Virus record (IMG/VR): IMGVR_UViG_2648501160_000003
Span: 7,251 to 71,250 of that record
DNA length: 64,000 bases
DNA from: a virus
Reading direction: 5' to 3' (one strand)
The notes below the pieces were generated by a model. It was not told the origin of the DNA, did not search any database, and saw only the letters and a list, made by a program, of their open reading frames with translations. Below, piece after piece: positions 19,160 to 30,020 of the stretch (position 1 is its first letter; every line of letters starts with the position of its first letter). The position numbers and the translations under genes are program-made.

Positions 19160-21844
19160 ATGACACTTGAGCTTAATAAGACCATGATTATTATTGATGG
19201 TAATTCATTTTATCATCGCGCTTTCCACGCAGTCCCTGCTTTAAGCAACAAAGAGGGCTTCCCAACAAACGCCATTACTGGCTTCTGTAACATGGTGAAC
19301 CGCGCAATTAATTCAATTGCTCCAGACAAAACGATTGTCGCATTCGATCATAGCGGAAAAACATTCCGACACGATATGTACTCTGAGTACAAGGCGAATC
19401 GTGATAAGACCGACCCTGTCTTAAAGCAACAGGTTCAACCAATCAAAGATATTGTTGAGGCTTGGGGGATTCCTATTTTGTCCATTCCTGGTTATGAGGC
19501 CGATGACACCATCACCACTATGGCAGTTAAAGCATCGAAACTAGGTTACATGGTTTACATCCTAACTTCTGATAAAGATATGTACCAAGGGATCAATGAG
19601 CGAATCAACATCATTGATACGCAGCAGACCGAGCGAAGCACAAAGCTACTCGATGCCGCAATTGACAGAGATGGCACATTTAAGAAGTTTGGCGTGTATC
19701 CTGAGCAGATTATCGATTTCTTAGCTCTTCAAGGTGATAAATCAGATAACATTCCTGGCATTGAAGGTTGCGGAGATAAGACCGCTGCAAAATGGATCGC
19801 AAAATATGGCAGTCTCGAAGGTGTTTTAGATAATGTCAAACATATTGGTGGCAAGTCAGCAGATAAAATCGAAGCTGCCAAGTCTCACCTACCACTTAGC
19901 AAAGCCTTGGTTACTATTAATAGCGATGTTGATTTAGGGAAAGACGTAGAAGACTTTGTTGGTTGTCGCGACGAAGTCCGACTTTATGAGCTAACAACAA
20001 AGTACGGTCTCATGAATCTGAAGAAAGCGCTTGGACTTAAAAACCCAAATGCTGAAAAAATTGTTACTCATTACACTACTGATGAAGCAAAAATTCGCGA
20101 AATTCTATTCAATAAGTCTAATTCATCAATGTTAAATCATCCGATCCAGATCGACTTCTTCAAGTGTGAAGAAGGAGTGCAAGATTTGTTTAGCACACAA
20201 GGTAACGAGCACTTAGTGTTTAATATTGATGATGAGTATTTAGTCGTTGATGTTAAGCTGTACACAAATGAGTTAGCCACACTAGCGAAAACTCTAATTG
20301 AAAGCCCTGATTTTGTGATTGTCAGCCGAAACGCGAAAGATGTACTGAAAGCATTGTTGAATTGCTATGACTCAATGGATGTTTTCCGATTAAAAACACA
20401 TGATGTCAACGTGCTACATTATGTTGCTGTGGGTGGTCAGTCTAAGAAGCCATCAATTGAGTTTTTGAATAGCACATACTCTCAATTCAATCTCAATACA
20501 CTGAGGGAAAAGTACAAGCTAAATACAACTAAAGCTGATTGGAATAAAGTACCCTTCGCAGATGCAGCCTTAATTGTGCTTGAAGAAATGCAGGTTAGCG
20601 CGAAAGTGTACGAAGAGCTTACTGAACACTTAATGTCTAAAGAGTATGCTGTAGACTCTAAGATTACACCTATACTGGCATATATGGAGTTCATTGGGGC
20701 TAAAGTTAATCTAACTAACCTTAAAGCAATTGGTGCTGAGCTTCAGAATCGATTAACTGCGTTAGAAGATCTAATTTATAAAGAAGCTGGAAAACAATTC
20801 AATATTAATTCACCAAAGCAAGTTCAGGCTGTGCTATTTGATGATTTGGAAATCCCATCAAAGAATAAATCAACTGCTGAATCTGTTCTGACTGATTTAA
20901 TCGATATACATCCAATTATCTCAATGATTCTTGAGCATCGTAGTGTATCAAAATTGTTGTCAACGTATGTTACAGGTATTGAAAAGCGCACTACAGAAAA
21001 AGGTAGAGTGCATACAACATATAATCAGGATGTTACATTAACTGGTCGATTATCCTCTGAGGATCCGAACCTTCAGAATATCCCAATTAGATCGGAAGAT
21101 GGAAAACGTATTCGCTCGTGCTTTGATGCGGATACGGGTAACAAAATTCTTTCTATCGACTTTTCTCAGATTGAATTGCGCATTCTTGCTCATCGAGCAA
21201 ATGAATCTTTGTTTATTGATGTATTCAATGAAGGTGGTGATATTCATGAAGCTACAGCGAAACAAATTGTTGAAACTGATGAAGTGGATGAATCGCAGAG
21301 ACGAAGAGCAAAAACAGTAAATTTCGGTTTGATCTATGATATTTCAGCGAAAGGGTTAGCTAAACAACTTGGTATCGAGAAAAAAGCTGCTGAACAGTTT
21401 ATGGCTAAGTATTTCGAAAAATACGTATCTATCAAACCTTACTTTGAAAGTGAACTAGATTTTGCTAAAAGTAATGGATATGTAGAAACACTTGGTGGTC
21501 GAAAGATCAATGCAGGAGACTTAAATTCTCCAAACTCAATGGTTCGTTCACATGCCGAGAAATCAATCAAAAACGCAGGTATCCAAGCAACAGCATCGGA
21601 AGTGATTAAAGCGGCGATGATTGAAGTCTTCGACTATATCCTGAATGAAAGAAATGACATTAAACTCCTGATGCAAGTCCATGATGAACTAGTTTTTGAA
21701 GTTTCAGAAGCTAGACTCGAAGAAACTAAAGACACCCTCAAAAAGTTGATGGAAGAAGCATACAGTAAGGTTTACGAGATCACCCTAAAGGTTCCGCTGG
21801 TGGCAGATGCAAACTCTGGTGAAAACTGGAACGAAGCGCACTAA
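19160..21844 (+). CDS. polA: DNA polymerase I (5'-3' exonuclease + polymerase domains)
   Basis: N-terminal DGNSFYHRAFHA 5' nuclease motif, polymerase motif A DFSQIELRILAH, motif B RRRAKTVNFGLIYD, motif C QVHDELVFE. 894 aa. Confidence 0.9.
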   Translation: MTLELNKTMIIIDGNSFYHRAFHAVPALSNKEGFPTNAITGFCNMVNRAINSIAPDKTIVAFDHSGKTFRHDMYSEYKANRDKTDPVLKQQVQPIKDIVEAWGIPILSIPGYEADDTITTMAVKASKLGYMVYILTSDKDMYQGINERINIIDTQQTERSTKLLDAAIDRDGTFKKFGVYPEQIIDFLALQGDKSDNIPGIEGCGDKTAAKWIAKYGSLEGVLDNVKHIGGKSADKIEAAKSHLPLSKALVTINSDVDLGKDVEDFVGCRDEVRLYELTTKYGLMNLKKALGLKNPNAEKIVTHYTTDEAKIREILFNKSNSSMLNHPIQIDFFKCEEGVQDLFSTQGNEHLVFNIDDEYLVVDVKLYTNELATLAKTLIESPDFVIVSRNAKDVLKALLNCYDSMDVFRLKTHDVNVLHYVAVGGQSKKPSIEFLNSTYSQFNLNTLREKYKLNTTKADWNKVPFADAALIVLEEMQVSAKVYEELTEHLMSKEYAVDSKITPILAYMEFIGAKVNLTNLKAIGAELQNRLTALEDLIYKEAGKQFNINSPKQVQAVLFDDLEIPSKNKSTAESVLTDLIDIHPIISMILEHRSVSKLLSTYVTGIEKRTTEKGRVHTTYNQDVTLTGRLSSEDPNLQNIPIRSEDGKRIRSCFDADTGNKILSIDFSQIELRILAHRANESLFIDVFNEGGDIHEATAKQIVETDEVDESQRRRAKTVNFGLIYDISAKGLAKQLGIEKKAAEQFMAKYFEKYVSIKPYFESELDFAKSNGYVETLGGRKINAGDLNSPNSMVRSHAEKSIKNAGIQATASEVIKAAMIEVFDYILNERNDIKLLMQVHDELVFEVSEARLEETKDTLKKLMEEAYSKVYEITLKVPLVADANSGENWNEAH

Positions 21845-21857
21845 AATCTAAAACGAT

Positions 21858-21894
21858 AACTCACCAATTCTAACCCGATTGGTGAGTTTTTTTG
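21858..21894 (+). terminator. rho-independent terminator after polA
   Basis: AACTCACCAAT...ATTGGTGAGTT hairpin followed by TTTTTTTG. Confidence 0.65.
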
Positions 21895-21946
21895 TAAATG
21901 GTCACATGGTATAATTACTTAAATAATCTTCTTCTGGATAATAATA

Positions 21947-23545
21947 ATGAACAGAGTTAACGCGTTACATGTGATATTAGACAGGGTTTCAGCAAACTCA
22001 TGTGTTATAAATGACATATATGCTGGAAATAACTCTCCCATATCACCTTTGGGAATATTTGATTTTCACACTCAAGAAATTGATGAATTTTCTTTTCAGG
22101 ACTATGAAAGTAAAATTTATGAAAAGGAAGTTTATAGAATAAATGCAATTGACCTAGATTCTATTGAAACTTCATTTTTAAATTCTGTATATAACAAAAC
22201 TGATATGACAATCAGTGAAAAAAATATACTGGCTGGCTACAAATCTGGATTTATTGACATCATAAAAGATACGATCCATCTAGAGTCAGATGGATGGTAT
22301 AACAAAGATCAACAAAAGATTTGTGCGGCAAATGTAAGCGCTCATGAATTAAAAGAAATTTTATCTTGGTCAATAAAGATCCTACCTCATTTGGATACAG
22401 ATACAATAAAAGAAATGGACAATAATGGCGTTGTTACATTCGACGGAAAGCCTATTGCATTCAAAACAGACTCAAATTGGACATTTGTCGAAAATGGGCG
22501 ACAATTGTCTGGCGATGCTATGAGAGTTTTACATCACTCAGATTGCTCTTTCACATACTCAGAAGCCACTGACAACTTGGATCTATATCATGCTGTCACA
22601 ATGAGTGAAGACGAGTATTACAAAAGGGGTACAAATTTTTTCGGTTATGTAAGTAGAGGTAACTCAAAGCAGGGTGATGGACTATATTTAACTGGGAGTC
22701 TAAATGAAGCCGTTCGTGTATATGGCAATCCAGAATCCATTGAGCGTAAAAGTCATGCATACACAAATAAAGAAGACCATTTAGTACACCAAACTCAACG
22801 AGGGGTTTTGCATAAATTCTCTGTCTCAAATGCAAATATATATGATGCGTCATTTGATAATAACTACCCTACTTTGCTAATGGACTCAAAACCATCACCC
22901 ATTTTACTGAGAACTATTGCAAACAAATATGAAATTGAAGATAAAATCAAAGACATTGTTTTAGCTAAGACTAACTCAATGATCATTAACTCATCCAATC
23001 AATTTGATGTTTATCTAGCTATATATGAATTTGCAAACTCATTAGGCAACTATTCTGGTAATCCAGATTCAAGAAACGTTGTTAAACAAGTATTTTCAGC
23101 GATGGGCTATGATGGAATTAAAGTTACCACACCAAATGAAAAGAAACTAAACACAATAAATGAAATAGCATCTTTATATAAAGATTATTGTAGTGGTAGA
23201 ACAACAGAAATATTTTATGACGGGTTAAAAATTAAGCCTTTTGTTGCTAAGCACATTGCAAGCTACGCGGTAAAAGTTAAAGACGCGCAAATACCAAAAA
23301 TGGAAAATTTTCATGTTATTATGTTTTCACCCGATGATTTGTTATGCAAGATAAAAGAAAGCATCACTCTACCTAAGCATAAGAAGTACTTTGTAGAAAG
23401 AGGTAAAGAAAAAGAAGTTATTGATGATTTCTATGATTTGAATAAAGGAAGTCTAAATAAATTATCTTTTAAACAAATCATGTCAATAACTCATCAACGG
23501 GACAATGGTAATTTTGACAAGTCAGGAACTGAAATGACCATCTAA
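21947..23545 (+). CDS. hypothetical protein
   Basis: 532-aa ORF with no confidently recognised domain. Confidence 0.4.
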   Translation: MNRVNALHVILDRVSANSCVINDIYAGNNSPISPLGIFDFHTQEIDEFSFQDYESKIYEKEVYRINAIDLDSIETSFLNSVYNKTDMTISEKNILAGYKSGFIDIIKDTIHLESDGWYNKDQQKICAANVSAHELKEILSWSIKILPHLDTDTIKEMDNNGVVTFDGKPIAFKTDSNWTFVENGRQLSGDAMRVLHHSDCSFTYSEATDNLDLYHAVTMSEDEYYKRGTNFFGYVSRGNSKQGDGLYLTGSLNEAVRVYGNPESIERKSHAYTNKEDHLVHQTQRGVLHKFSVSNANIYDASFDNNYPTLLMDSKPSPILLRTIANKYEIEDKIKDIVLAKTNSMIINSSNQFDVYLAIYEFANSLGNYSGNPDSRNVVKQVFSAMGYDGIKVTTPNEKKLNTINEIASLYKDYCSGRTTEIFYDGLKIKPFVAKHIASYAVKVKDAQIPKMENFHVIMFSPDDLLCKIKESITLPKHKKYFVERGKEKEVIDDFYDLNKGSLNKLSFKQIMSITHQRDNGNFDKSGTEMTI

Positions 23546-23580
23546 TTAAAATACCTGGATGGGCTTTTTTAAGGTGTAAA

Positions 23581-24837
23581 ATGATAACCATTAAAAAATA
23601 TGGAAATGCATTCACAAGCAAAGATGTTGAAATGTTGACGAAGCATTTTAATTCTCTAATTGATAAGAATATTGAAATTCGAATTTCGTTCCATGAAATG
23701 GATGATAAGCCGTATCATGCTATGACTCATATATACAATGATGATAATAGGTTTAAGAGTAATTTTATAAACAGTGCATTCTCTAGTGAATCTATTATGG
23801 ATGCTATTCAAATTTCTATCGAATCCCATTTAAAATATAGCTATTGCAAGCACAGTGATCTTAAACCGCACAGAACAAGAGAAGGTGTCCTTGTTACAAA
23901 TGGTGTGATGGAGTGCTCCGAATGCGGAATGCTTACCCTCCCTTTAGTAGAAGAAAGATGTTCAGAGAGGAGAACAATACTTCTGTCCGCATTTGGAAGA
24001 GCTAAGGAGAGATACTATACGACATCGTTTAACTGGAGTGGCATTACTATTCAGGGATCTGATAGCGGAGTTGTAATTTCAACCTCGAAAGGCAAATCTT
24101 ATGCTACTTCATTTTTCGAAGCGTTCCCTACCATACACAATGTTAAGACATTCATTAGAGGCGAAGGCTCCACCTTGGTTGACGCTGAACGGGATGCATA
24201 CGAAAAATTAAATAAAATAATGAAATGCAAAGAGCATAATTGGGTAAGAAATGATGGTCGAGTTGAAAGAAAAGATGGATATGCAACTTGTACAGAGTGC
24301 GCCTTATCTGGTCATGCTCTTGAACCTACTACCAATTGTGCTGTATGTAAATCACCAGCAAGATTAACGAATCTCGATAAGTTTTATTGTGATACTCATT
24401 ACAACGAGCTTTCTTTTGATGAGCTATATGAAAATGATATCATGTTCAATACAGAAAGGTATGAAGATCCCGATTCGATAATACCTATTGAAACAGAAGA
24501 CGAACTTAAAAGTGAAAACTTCGAGAGTTATTTGAGCAATAAATTTTACGTGCTGCTGAGAGATCAGTCCTTACAATCAGGAACTATTCCTTCTAAAGAA
24601 GAGTCATTTTATCTCACAAGAACCTTTATTCAGATCGTCAAAGAACACATATACGAAATAAAAGGTTATGCAAACTTTAAAGAAATACCTGATATTAATA
24701 GTTTAGAATTCAAAAATAATATGAAATTATTAGAGAAGAATATGGTTGAATATTTGAATGAAAAATCAAAAAACAATGAATCATCATGCTTAGTTTTGCT
24801 CTTAGGCTGGGTGAGATTTGCTGGAATCAATAATTGA
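23581..24837 (+). CDS. hypothetical Cys-rich protein, tandem paralogue A
   Basis: 418 aa. Conserved blocks CKH...ECSECG, FFEAFP...FIRGEG, HNW...DGYA-C-EC...ALEPTT-C--C shared with the next ORF. Confidence 0.45.
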   Translation: MITIKKYGNAFTSKDVEMLTKHFNSLIDKNIEIRISFHEMDDKPYHAMTHIYNDDNRFKSNFINSAFSSESIMDAIQISIESHLKYSYCKHSDLKPHRTREGVLVTNGVMECSECGMLTLPLVEERCSERRTILLSAFGRAKERYYTTSFNWSGITIQGSDSGVVISTSKGKSYATSFFEAFPTIHNVKTFIRGEGSTLVDAERDAYEKLNKIMKCKEHNWVRNDGRVERKDGYATCTECALSGHALEPTTNCAVCKSPARLTNLDKFYCDTHYNELSFDELYENDIMFNTERYEDPDSIIPIETEDELKSENFESYLSNKFYVLLRDQSLQSGTIPSKEESFYLTRTFIQIVKEHIYEIKGYANFKEIPDINSLEFKNNMKLLEKNMVEYLNEKSKNNESSCLVLLLGWVRFAGINN

Positions 24838-24847
24838 GGAGTATTAA

Positions 24848-26104
24848 GTGATAAAGATAGAAAATGGGCTGACATCAGATTACCCTATAACCAAACATGC
24901 CTTGTTAGTGATACAGGAATTGGTTAACAAAAACCATAAAACAAATGAACAAATTAAGATTCTCATTAATAATGATGACTTAAGGATGGTAAAAGCAAAC
25001 ATTCGATATGTCTCAGACAATGAAAGTAAGATTCCAGATTTTTGGGTTTCTAGTGAAAAGAATTTAATCTTAAGTCAATGTATTGAAGATGTTTTGTTTA
25101 AATACACAAAATTTAGAAACTGTAAACACGAAAATTTTGTACCTGCGATTTCGCAGGAGGGTCGAATCTTTTCTGATGGTACTTGCACATGCACAAATTG
25201 CGGAATTAAAACTACATCTGGCTTTGGTGAGAAAATTGGCACTACCAATACATTTAAAGTTAACCTATCATCAAGAAAGTACGAAACTAGGTATGATTGG
25301 GGAAAATCACACCTTCAAGCTGGTGAAAGCGGTATTGTTATTTCAAGAAGAAAAGGTTCTTATATGACAGCGTTTTTTGAGGCTTTCCCGAAGGTTAGCG
25401 GATTTGGAACTTTCATTCGTGGCGAAGGTAAAGATATCGATGAAGCTGAGCAGAATGCATGGAGAAAATTTCAAAAGCAACTAGCATGTATGCAACATAA
25501 CTGGAATAGAAAAGTGAATGGTATCATAAGAACTGACGGTTATGCTCAGTGTGAATGTTGTGGTTTACGAGCATCTGCTCTAGAACCAACAACCAAGTGT
25601 AGCAAATGTGAAAAGAAGACCTCAAGAGCGTTTGCTGATGGATTTTTATGTGATGATCACTTATACGAATTAACTTTCCAAGATTTCTTAAACGAAGAAA
25701 ATCGAATAACTTTAGAATGGGATGACAAACTGAAAACAGAGAAGGAGATTCAGAACAAGAATTTTGAAAATTTTGTTCGCGCTCACTTTATGGTCTCGCT
25801 TAAGGATTCATTTATTGCTAACAATCACCGAGATGATGAGATTGATGATAAATTAATGAGATTTTCGATTCACTATTACAGCCAGTTCAAGAGACATGTG
25901 TTTGGAACAAGACCGTTTGAATATCTTCAAACAGTACCAGATACTGATAATCCCGATTTGATATATAATTTGAAAATAATGCAAGACAATGTAAATGACA
26001 TTGTCAAACAAGTTATGGATAAAGAGGAAAATATCAGCTTCGAGCGACTTATCAATGGTCTGACTCCAATGCCTGGTTACATAAAACCTAAAGATAAGGC
26101 TTGA
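24848..26104 (+). CDS. hypothetical Cys-rich protein, tandem paralogue B
   Basis: 418 aa, collinear with ORF 23581..24837 over its full length. Confidence 0.45.
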   Translation: MIKIENGLTSDYPITKHALLVIQELVNKNHKTNEQIKILINNDDLRMVKANIRYVSDNESKIPDFWVSSEKNLILSQCIEDVLFKYTKFRNCKHENFVPAISQEGRIFSDGTCTCTNCGIKTTSGFGEKIGTTNTFKVNLSSRKYETRYDWGKSHLQAGESGIVISRRKGSYMTAFFEAFPKVSGFGTFIRGEGKDIDEAEQNAWRKFQKQLACMQHNWNRKVNGIIRTDGYAQCECCGLRASALEPTTKCSKCEKKTSRAFADGFLCDDHLYELTFQDFLNEENRITLEWDDKLKTEKEIQNKNFENFVRAHFMVSLKDSFIANNHRDDEIDDKLMRFSIHYYSQFKRHVFGTRPFEYLQTVPDTDNPDLIYNLKIMQDNVNDIVKQVMDKEENISFERLINGLTPMPGYIKPKDKA

Positions 26105-26212
26105 TGTTGTTTTTTATTTGTTTTATTATTTTGTAAACCAATTAAATTGAGAGAAAATATGTATTATCTAAAAGACATCTTCTAGTAATAGTTACTCACT
26201 AGGAGATATAAG

Positions 26213-26611
26213 ATGGCAAATCGTCAACACACTGAGTTTTTTTGCAACCGCCCAGAGGCAAGAAAGAAATCGTATTTTGTTTATGAAGAACGAGTTACTA
26301 GTTTTTATGAATATGATGAAGATTTAGCTACTGGAGATATCGAAATTGACAAAGTTCTTTTTCGAAATTACAGCTACACGAACTACTTGGGCTTGAATCG
26401 CTCATATGGAAGAAAGCGTTCAGCTAAAGGCGTAATGCAAGATTTAAGAACCAGGCTGGGTCATGCGTTAGACTACCCTGAGTACAACTTCAAGCGTAAG
26501 AGAGTTTGTAAGTCATACTGGGATATTGCCGATGGAGACAGCTATGCATACAAGCTCCAAAATAACTGGAAAGGCAACAGTAAAAGAAAACACCAGTGGA
26601 TTGCTAAATAA
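26213..26611 (+). CDS. hypothetical protein
   Basis: 132-aa ORF followed by a strong terminator. Confidence 0.4.
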   Translation: MANRQHTEFFCNRPEARKKSYFVYEERVTSFYEYDEDLATGDIEIDKVLFRNYSYTNYLGLNRSYGRKRSAKGVMQDLRTRLGHALDYPEYNFKRKRVCKSYWDIADGDSYAYKLQNNWKGNSKRKHQWIAK

Positions 26612-26638
26612 AAAAACCGAGCCTGGCTCGGTTTTTTA
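26611..26638 (+). terminator. rho-independent terminator
   Basis: AACCGAGCC-TGG-CTCGGTT hairpin followed by TTTTTT. Confidence 0.65.
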
Positions 26639-26646
26639 TTTATTCA

Positions 26647-27006
26647 TTAAACTAAGTATCTCAGTGCATTTGTGTGAATTGACACTTCTTCACCATAGAT
26701 CTCTTGAAGAGCAACATCTTTAACAGACAATCCATTTGTAGCTAGCAATGAATCAAATCGCGATTTAAGTTGTCTATCTTCAATGATCATTTTTACAAAT
26801 TCCGATACATTATTGAAGAAAGTGCATTTATCTTCCTTAACAAGTTCAAACTTGTAATCCTCTATTCTGACTGGAATAAAGTTTCCATGTGAAGACATAC
26901 CCGAATAAGGATCTTGTATAGCTTGTGCTTTTAAGAAAAATGTCTCAACACCCACCTGAACTGCAAACACAAACTTTGTTTCTTTTCTAACCTTAAACTT
27001 TTCCAT
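26647..27006 (-). CDS. hypothetical protein
   Basis: 119-aa ORF. Confidence 0.35.
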   Translation of the reverse strand: MEKFKVRKETKFVFAVQVGVETFFLKAQAIQDPYSGMSSHGNFIPVRIEDYKFELVKEDKCTFFNNVSEFVKMIIEDRQLKSRFDSLLATNGLSVKDVALQEIYGEEVSIHTNALRYLV

Positions 27007-27887
27007 TTCTTTACCATATATATCTGAAGTATAAACTAAAAGTATTTTCCATAATTTGGGGTTTTATTTCAATATTTTTTGCTATAATACCGATGATTAG
27101 CTAAGAAATTTATCGACAACTTTTAGTAAAAAAGCAATCCAACCAAATCCTAAAATGGCTGAAATTAGAACATAAAATGCAAGTAATTTCCTTACATACA
27201 AAGTTTTGAAATTCATTAGTATGTATGATGTAAGAATTGCATTCAAAATGATTGCTGAGAATGACACACCTATTGGTATGCTTTGAAGTAAAATTGTCAC
27301 TTTAATAACCAATATCATTATTTAAACTAAGATTAACAAAATGAATGAACCGCATAAAGTAATTGCTAAACAATACTTACAGAAAATCAAAGCATTCAAA
27401 ACCTACGAGTGCAATCCAGAAGACCCTATGAGTAATAGTCACCTGTCATGGATGCTTCATGTAATTAGTTGTGAAATTTATGACCCTGCACAAGAATCAG
27501 AAACCAAAATGAATCGTTGGCTTGGGTATGTACAAGGGGTAATGGTTGCGAAAGGGATGATCCAGGTCAATCAAGAAAGAGACAGAACTAGAGCGATTTT
27601 CAACGGAAAATAAAGACTAATAAAAAATCATCTCAATCAATTTAATGTCTCTTGAAACCAATTTCGTCCAGATGCTTATGTAGAAAGAAGAACTCTGAAA
27701 AATGCTCAAGCAGCCCTAGCTCTAATGAGTTTATATCAGCATTTTTCGTTCTGATTTTTAGGATTTCATAAAAAGTGAACAGCGAGCCTGAATCGATCAT
27801 ATTGAAATCTGAGATGTACATGTTTTTTATAAATGCTATTGCTTCATCCTCTGTACTAGGAAGTCCTGCAAGTTCCTCTTCTAGTAT

Positions 27888-28220
27888 TTATCTTACTTTC
27901 TCACAGGTTTCCACGTAAAGGTTGAAATCACACTCATAATCTTCATCGTTTATGAGTTTTTGTGTATCAGGCTTAAGTCCTACAAAACCATTTTCAAAAT
28001 TAAAGACCCTTTCAAAAGTGGCTTCTTTAATGTTCTCTATAAATCTAAGATTTTGGTCAATAATCTCAAATTCTATTAATGTATTGTTTGGAGTTCCAGT
28101 AGCGTACAAAACCTTACATTCCATATGAAAAATAAATAGATTGCATAACTCTACAGAAAGCTTTCCGTAGCGCTCAAGAAGCTTTGCCAAAGAATACCAA
28201 TTCGCATGATTTCTATTCAT
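27888..28220 (-). CDS. hypothetical protein
   Basis: 110-aa ORF. Confidence 0.35.
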   Translation of the reverse strand: MNRNHANWYSLAKLLERYGKLSVELCNLFIFHMECKVLYATGTPNNTLIEFEIIDQNLRFIENIKEATFERVFNFENGFVGLKPDTQKLINDEDYECDFNLYVETCEKVR

Positions 28221-28362
28221 TTTTCATTCCATTTCATAATTGATTTGGGTAACATACTATCAATATTAATTAATTGAGTAAATAAAAATGAAAAGTCTAG
28301 TAGATAACTCTAAAAAGAAAGTTCCATGCTTCATAGATGAATTTAGCAACTCCGCCGTAAAC

Positions 28363-28384
28363 CCTCGCCCGATCAGGGCGGGGA
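28363..28384. repeat. subterminal hairpin upstream of TnpB copy 2 (IS200/IS605-like end)
   Basis: The CCCTCGCCCGATCAGGGCGGGG palindrome is related to the hairpin downstream at 29660..29686. Confidence 0.45.
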
Positions 28385-28473
28385 TATAAGGCGGTTATCT
28401 CGACAGAGATAATTATTTACATTTCTAGTTGTTTATAGGATATTCTTCAATAAATTCATAGTGTTTTATTGAA

Positions 28474-29602
28474 ATGTTACGAGCAACTAAGGTACGTATT
28501 TACCCAACGCTAGAGCAAGCTGAGTTTCTTGAAGCTCAGTTTGGTGCTGTTCGGTTTGCGTATAACAAAGCTTTACATATCAAAACTCACTTTTACAAAA
28601 AGAAAAACATTTCATTAAGCCTTAAAAAAAGAGATAAAACCATTGTTATCTCTTGGCAAGAAATCGAGAAAGTACTCCTGGTTAAGTCAGTTCGATTCCA
28701 TTTCTTTGCAGCAATCGATCATCAATCTTGATAAGGCTTTCTCGAACTTTTTCAACCCAAAACTAAAAGCTAAGCTTCCTAAGTTTAAGCGTAAACACGG
28801 TTATCAGAGCAGTTACCATTGCACTGGACTGAAAATCCTTGAAAACGCTATCAAAATCCCCAAATGTAAACCTATCAAAGCTAAGATACACCGAGAGATA
28901 AGTGGAACGCTAAAAAGCATAACCATATCGAAATCCAGCACTGGTAAATTTTATGCTTCAATACTGGTCGATTGCAGTAATGAGGCACCTGCCAAACCAA
29001 AACATATCACAAAACTATCAGGTTTCGATTTAGGGCTGACGGATTACGTCATTAGCGATACAGGTGAAAAGATTGCCAATCCTCGGTTTTTAATTAACGC
29101 ATATAAAAACCTAAGGCGGAAACAAAAAGCCCTGAGTCGGTGTAAAAAAGGCTCTAAAAATAGAGCGAAAGCAAGACTGCTGCTTGCTAAAGCGCATGAG
29201 CGTGTGGCTAACGCTCGGAATGATTTTCAGCACCAGCTTTCAAAACGAATTATTGACGAAAACCAAGCGATAATTGTTGGAACGCTAAAATCATCCAACA
29301 TGCTAAAAAACAAACGACTTGCGAAACATATTACTGATGCGGCTTGGGGAGCATTTATTTCTAAGCTGGCATATAAAGCTGATATGTACGGTAAGTGGTT
29401 GATTAAGTGCGATCAGTGGCTACCCTCTTCGAAGACCTGCTCTTGTTGCGGCTACAAGATGGATAAAATGCCGCTCCATATCAGAGTATGGACTTGCCCG
29501 AGTTGTAATGAAGTACACTGCCGAGATACCAACTCAGGCAAAAACCTGCGTAATGCAGGTGTAATTGAATTAAAAGCGGCTGGATTGACCGTTTCTGCTT
29601 GA
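28474..29602 (+). pseudogene. tnpB: TnpB-family gene, frameshifted and lacking RuvC-II Glu
   Basis: N-terminal KVRIYPTLEQAEFLEAQFGAVRFAYN and C-terminal CSCCG...CPSCN zinc finger. The reading frame shifts +1 within the A7 run at about 28622..28628. The canonical EDL of RuvC-II is replaced by GTL. Confidence 0.65.
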
Positions 29603-29659
29603 TGATGCCTGCGTAAATCCTAATCAAGAATTAGGTTGCGGCAAACGATTCAAGAATCC

Positions 29660-29686
29660 TAGCCCGATAGGGCGGTGAGTATCACC
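29660..29686. repeat. hairpin at 3' flank of TnpB copy 2 (GCCCGATAGGGCGGTGAGTATCACC)
   Basis: Imperfect palindrome sharing the GGGCGGTGAG motif with the flank of the intron-containing tnpB (49725..49747). Confidence 0.45.
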
Positions 29687-30020
29687 TATTCAAAATCAGA
29701 GCAATCTGCTTACTATAGAATGCGAATGCTGCTAACACTTACTAGCAACGGCTGGAATGTTGGAGAGGCATTCAATGACCGCTATATGACTATCGTTGGG
29801 GGAAATTGCACTTATTTAACAATGGGAAAAGACGGACAAACTCACACTAGTTATTCTGAGAGAGAGTCATCTATCTTTGATTCCGTTGAAAATACCTCAT
29901 ATTCAGCAAAAGAAGCTGCAACTATTCCTGCTCTTCATAGTTGCTTAGCAAGATTAAGAGAAAGAGAATACGTTAGAAATAAAGAAGCACATTGATATTG
30001 GAGAAACTATGTTTCTCCTT

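Noticed and set aside
21947-23545. ADP-ribosyltransferase assignment for the 532-aa protein (and for ORF 30021..31031)
   Set aside because: Only vague R/S/E-like or HGT-like residue spacing could be seen by eye, with no convincing motif alignment. Left as hypothetical.
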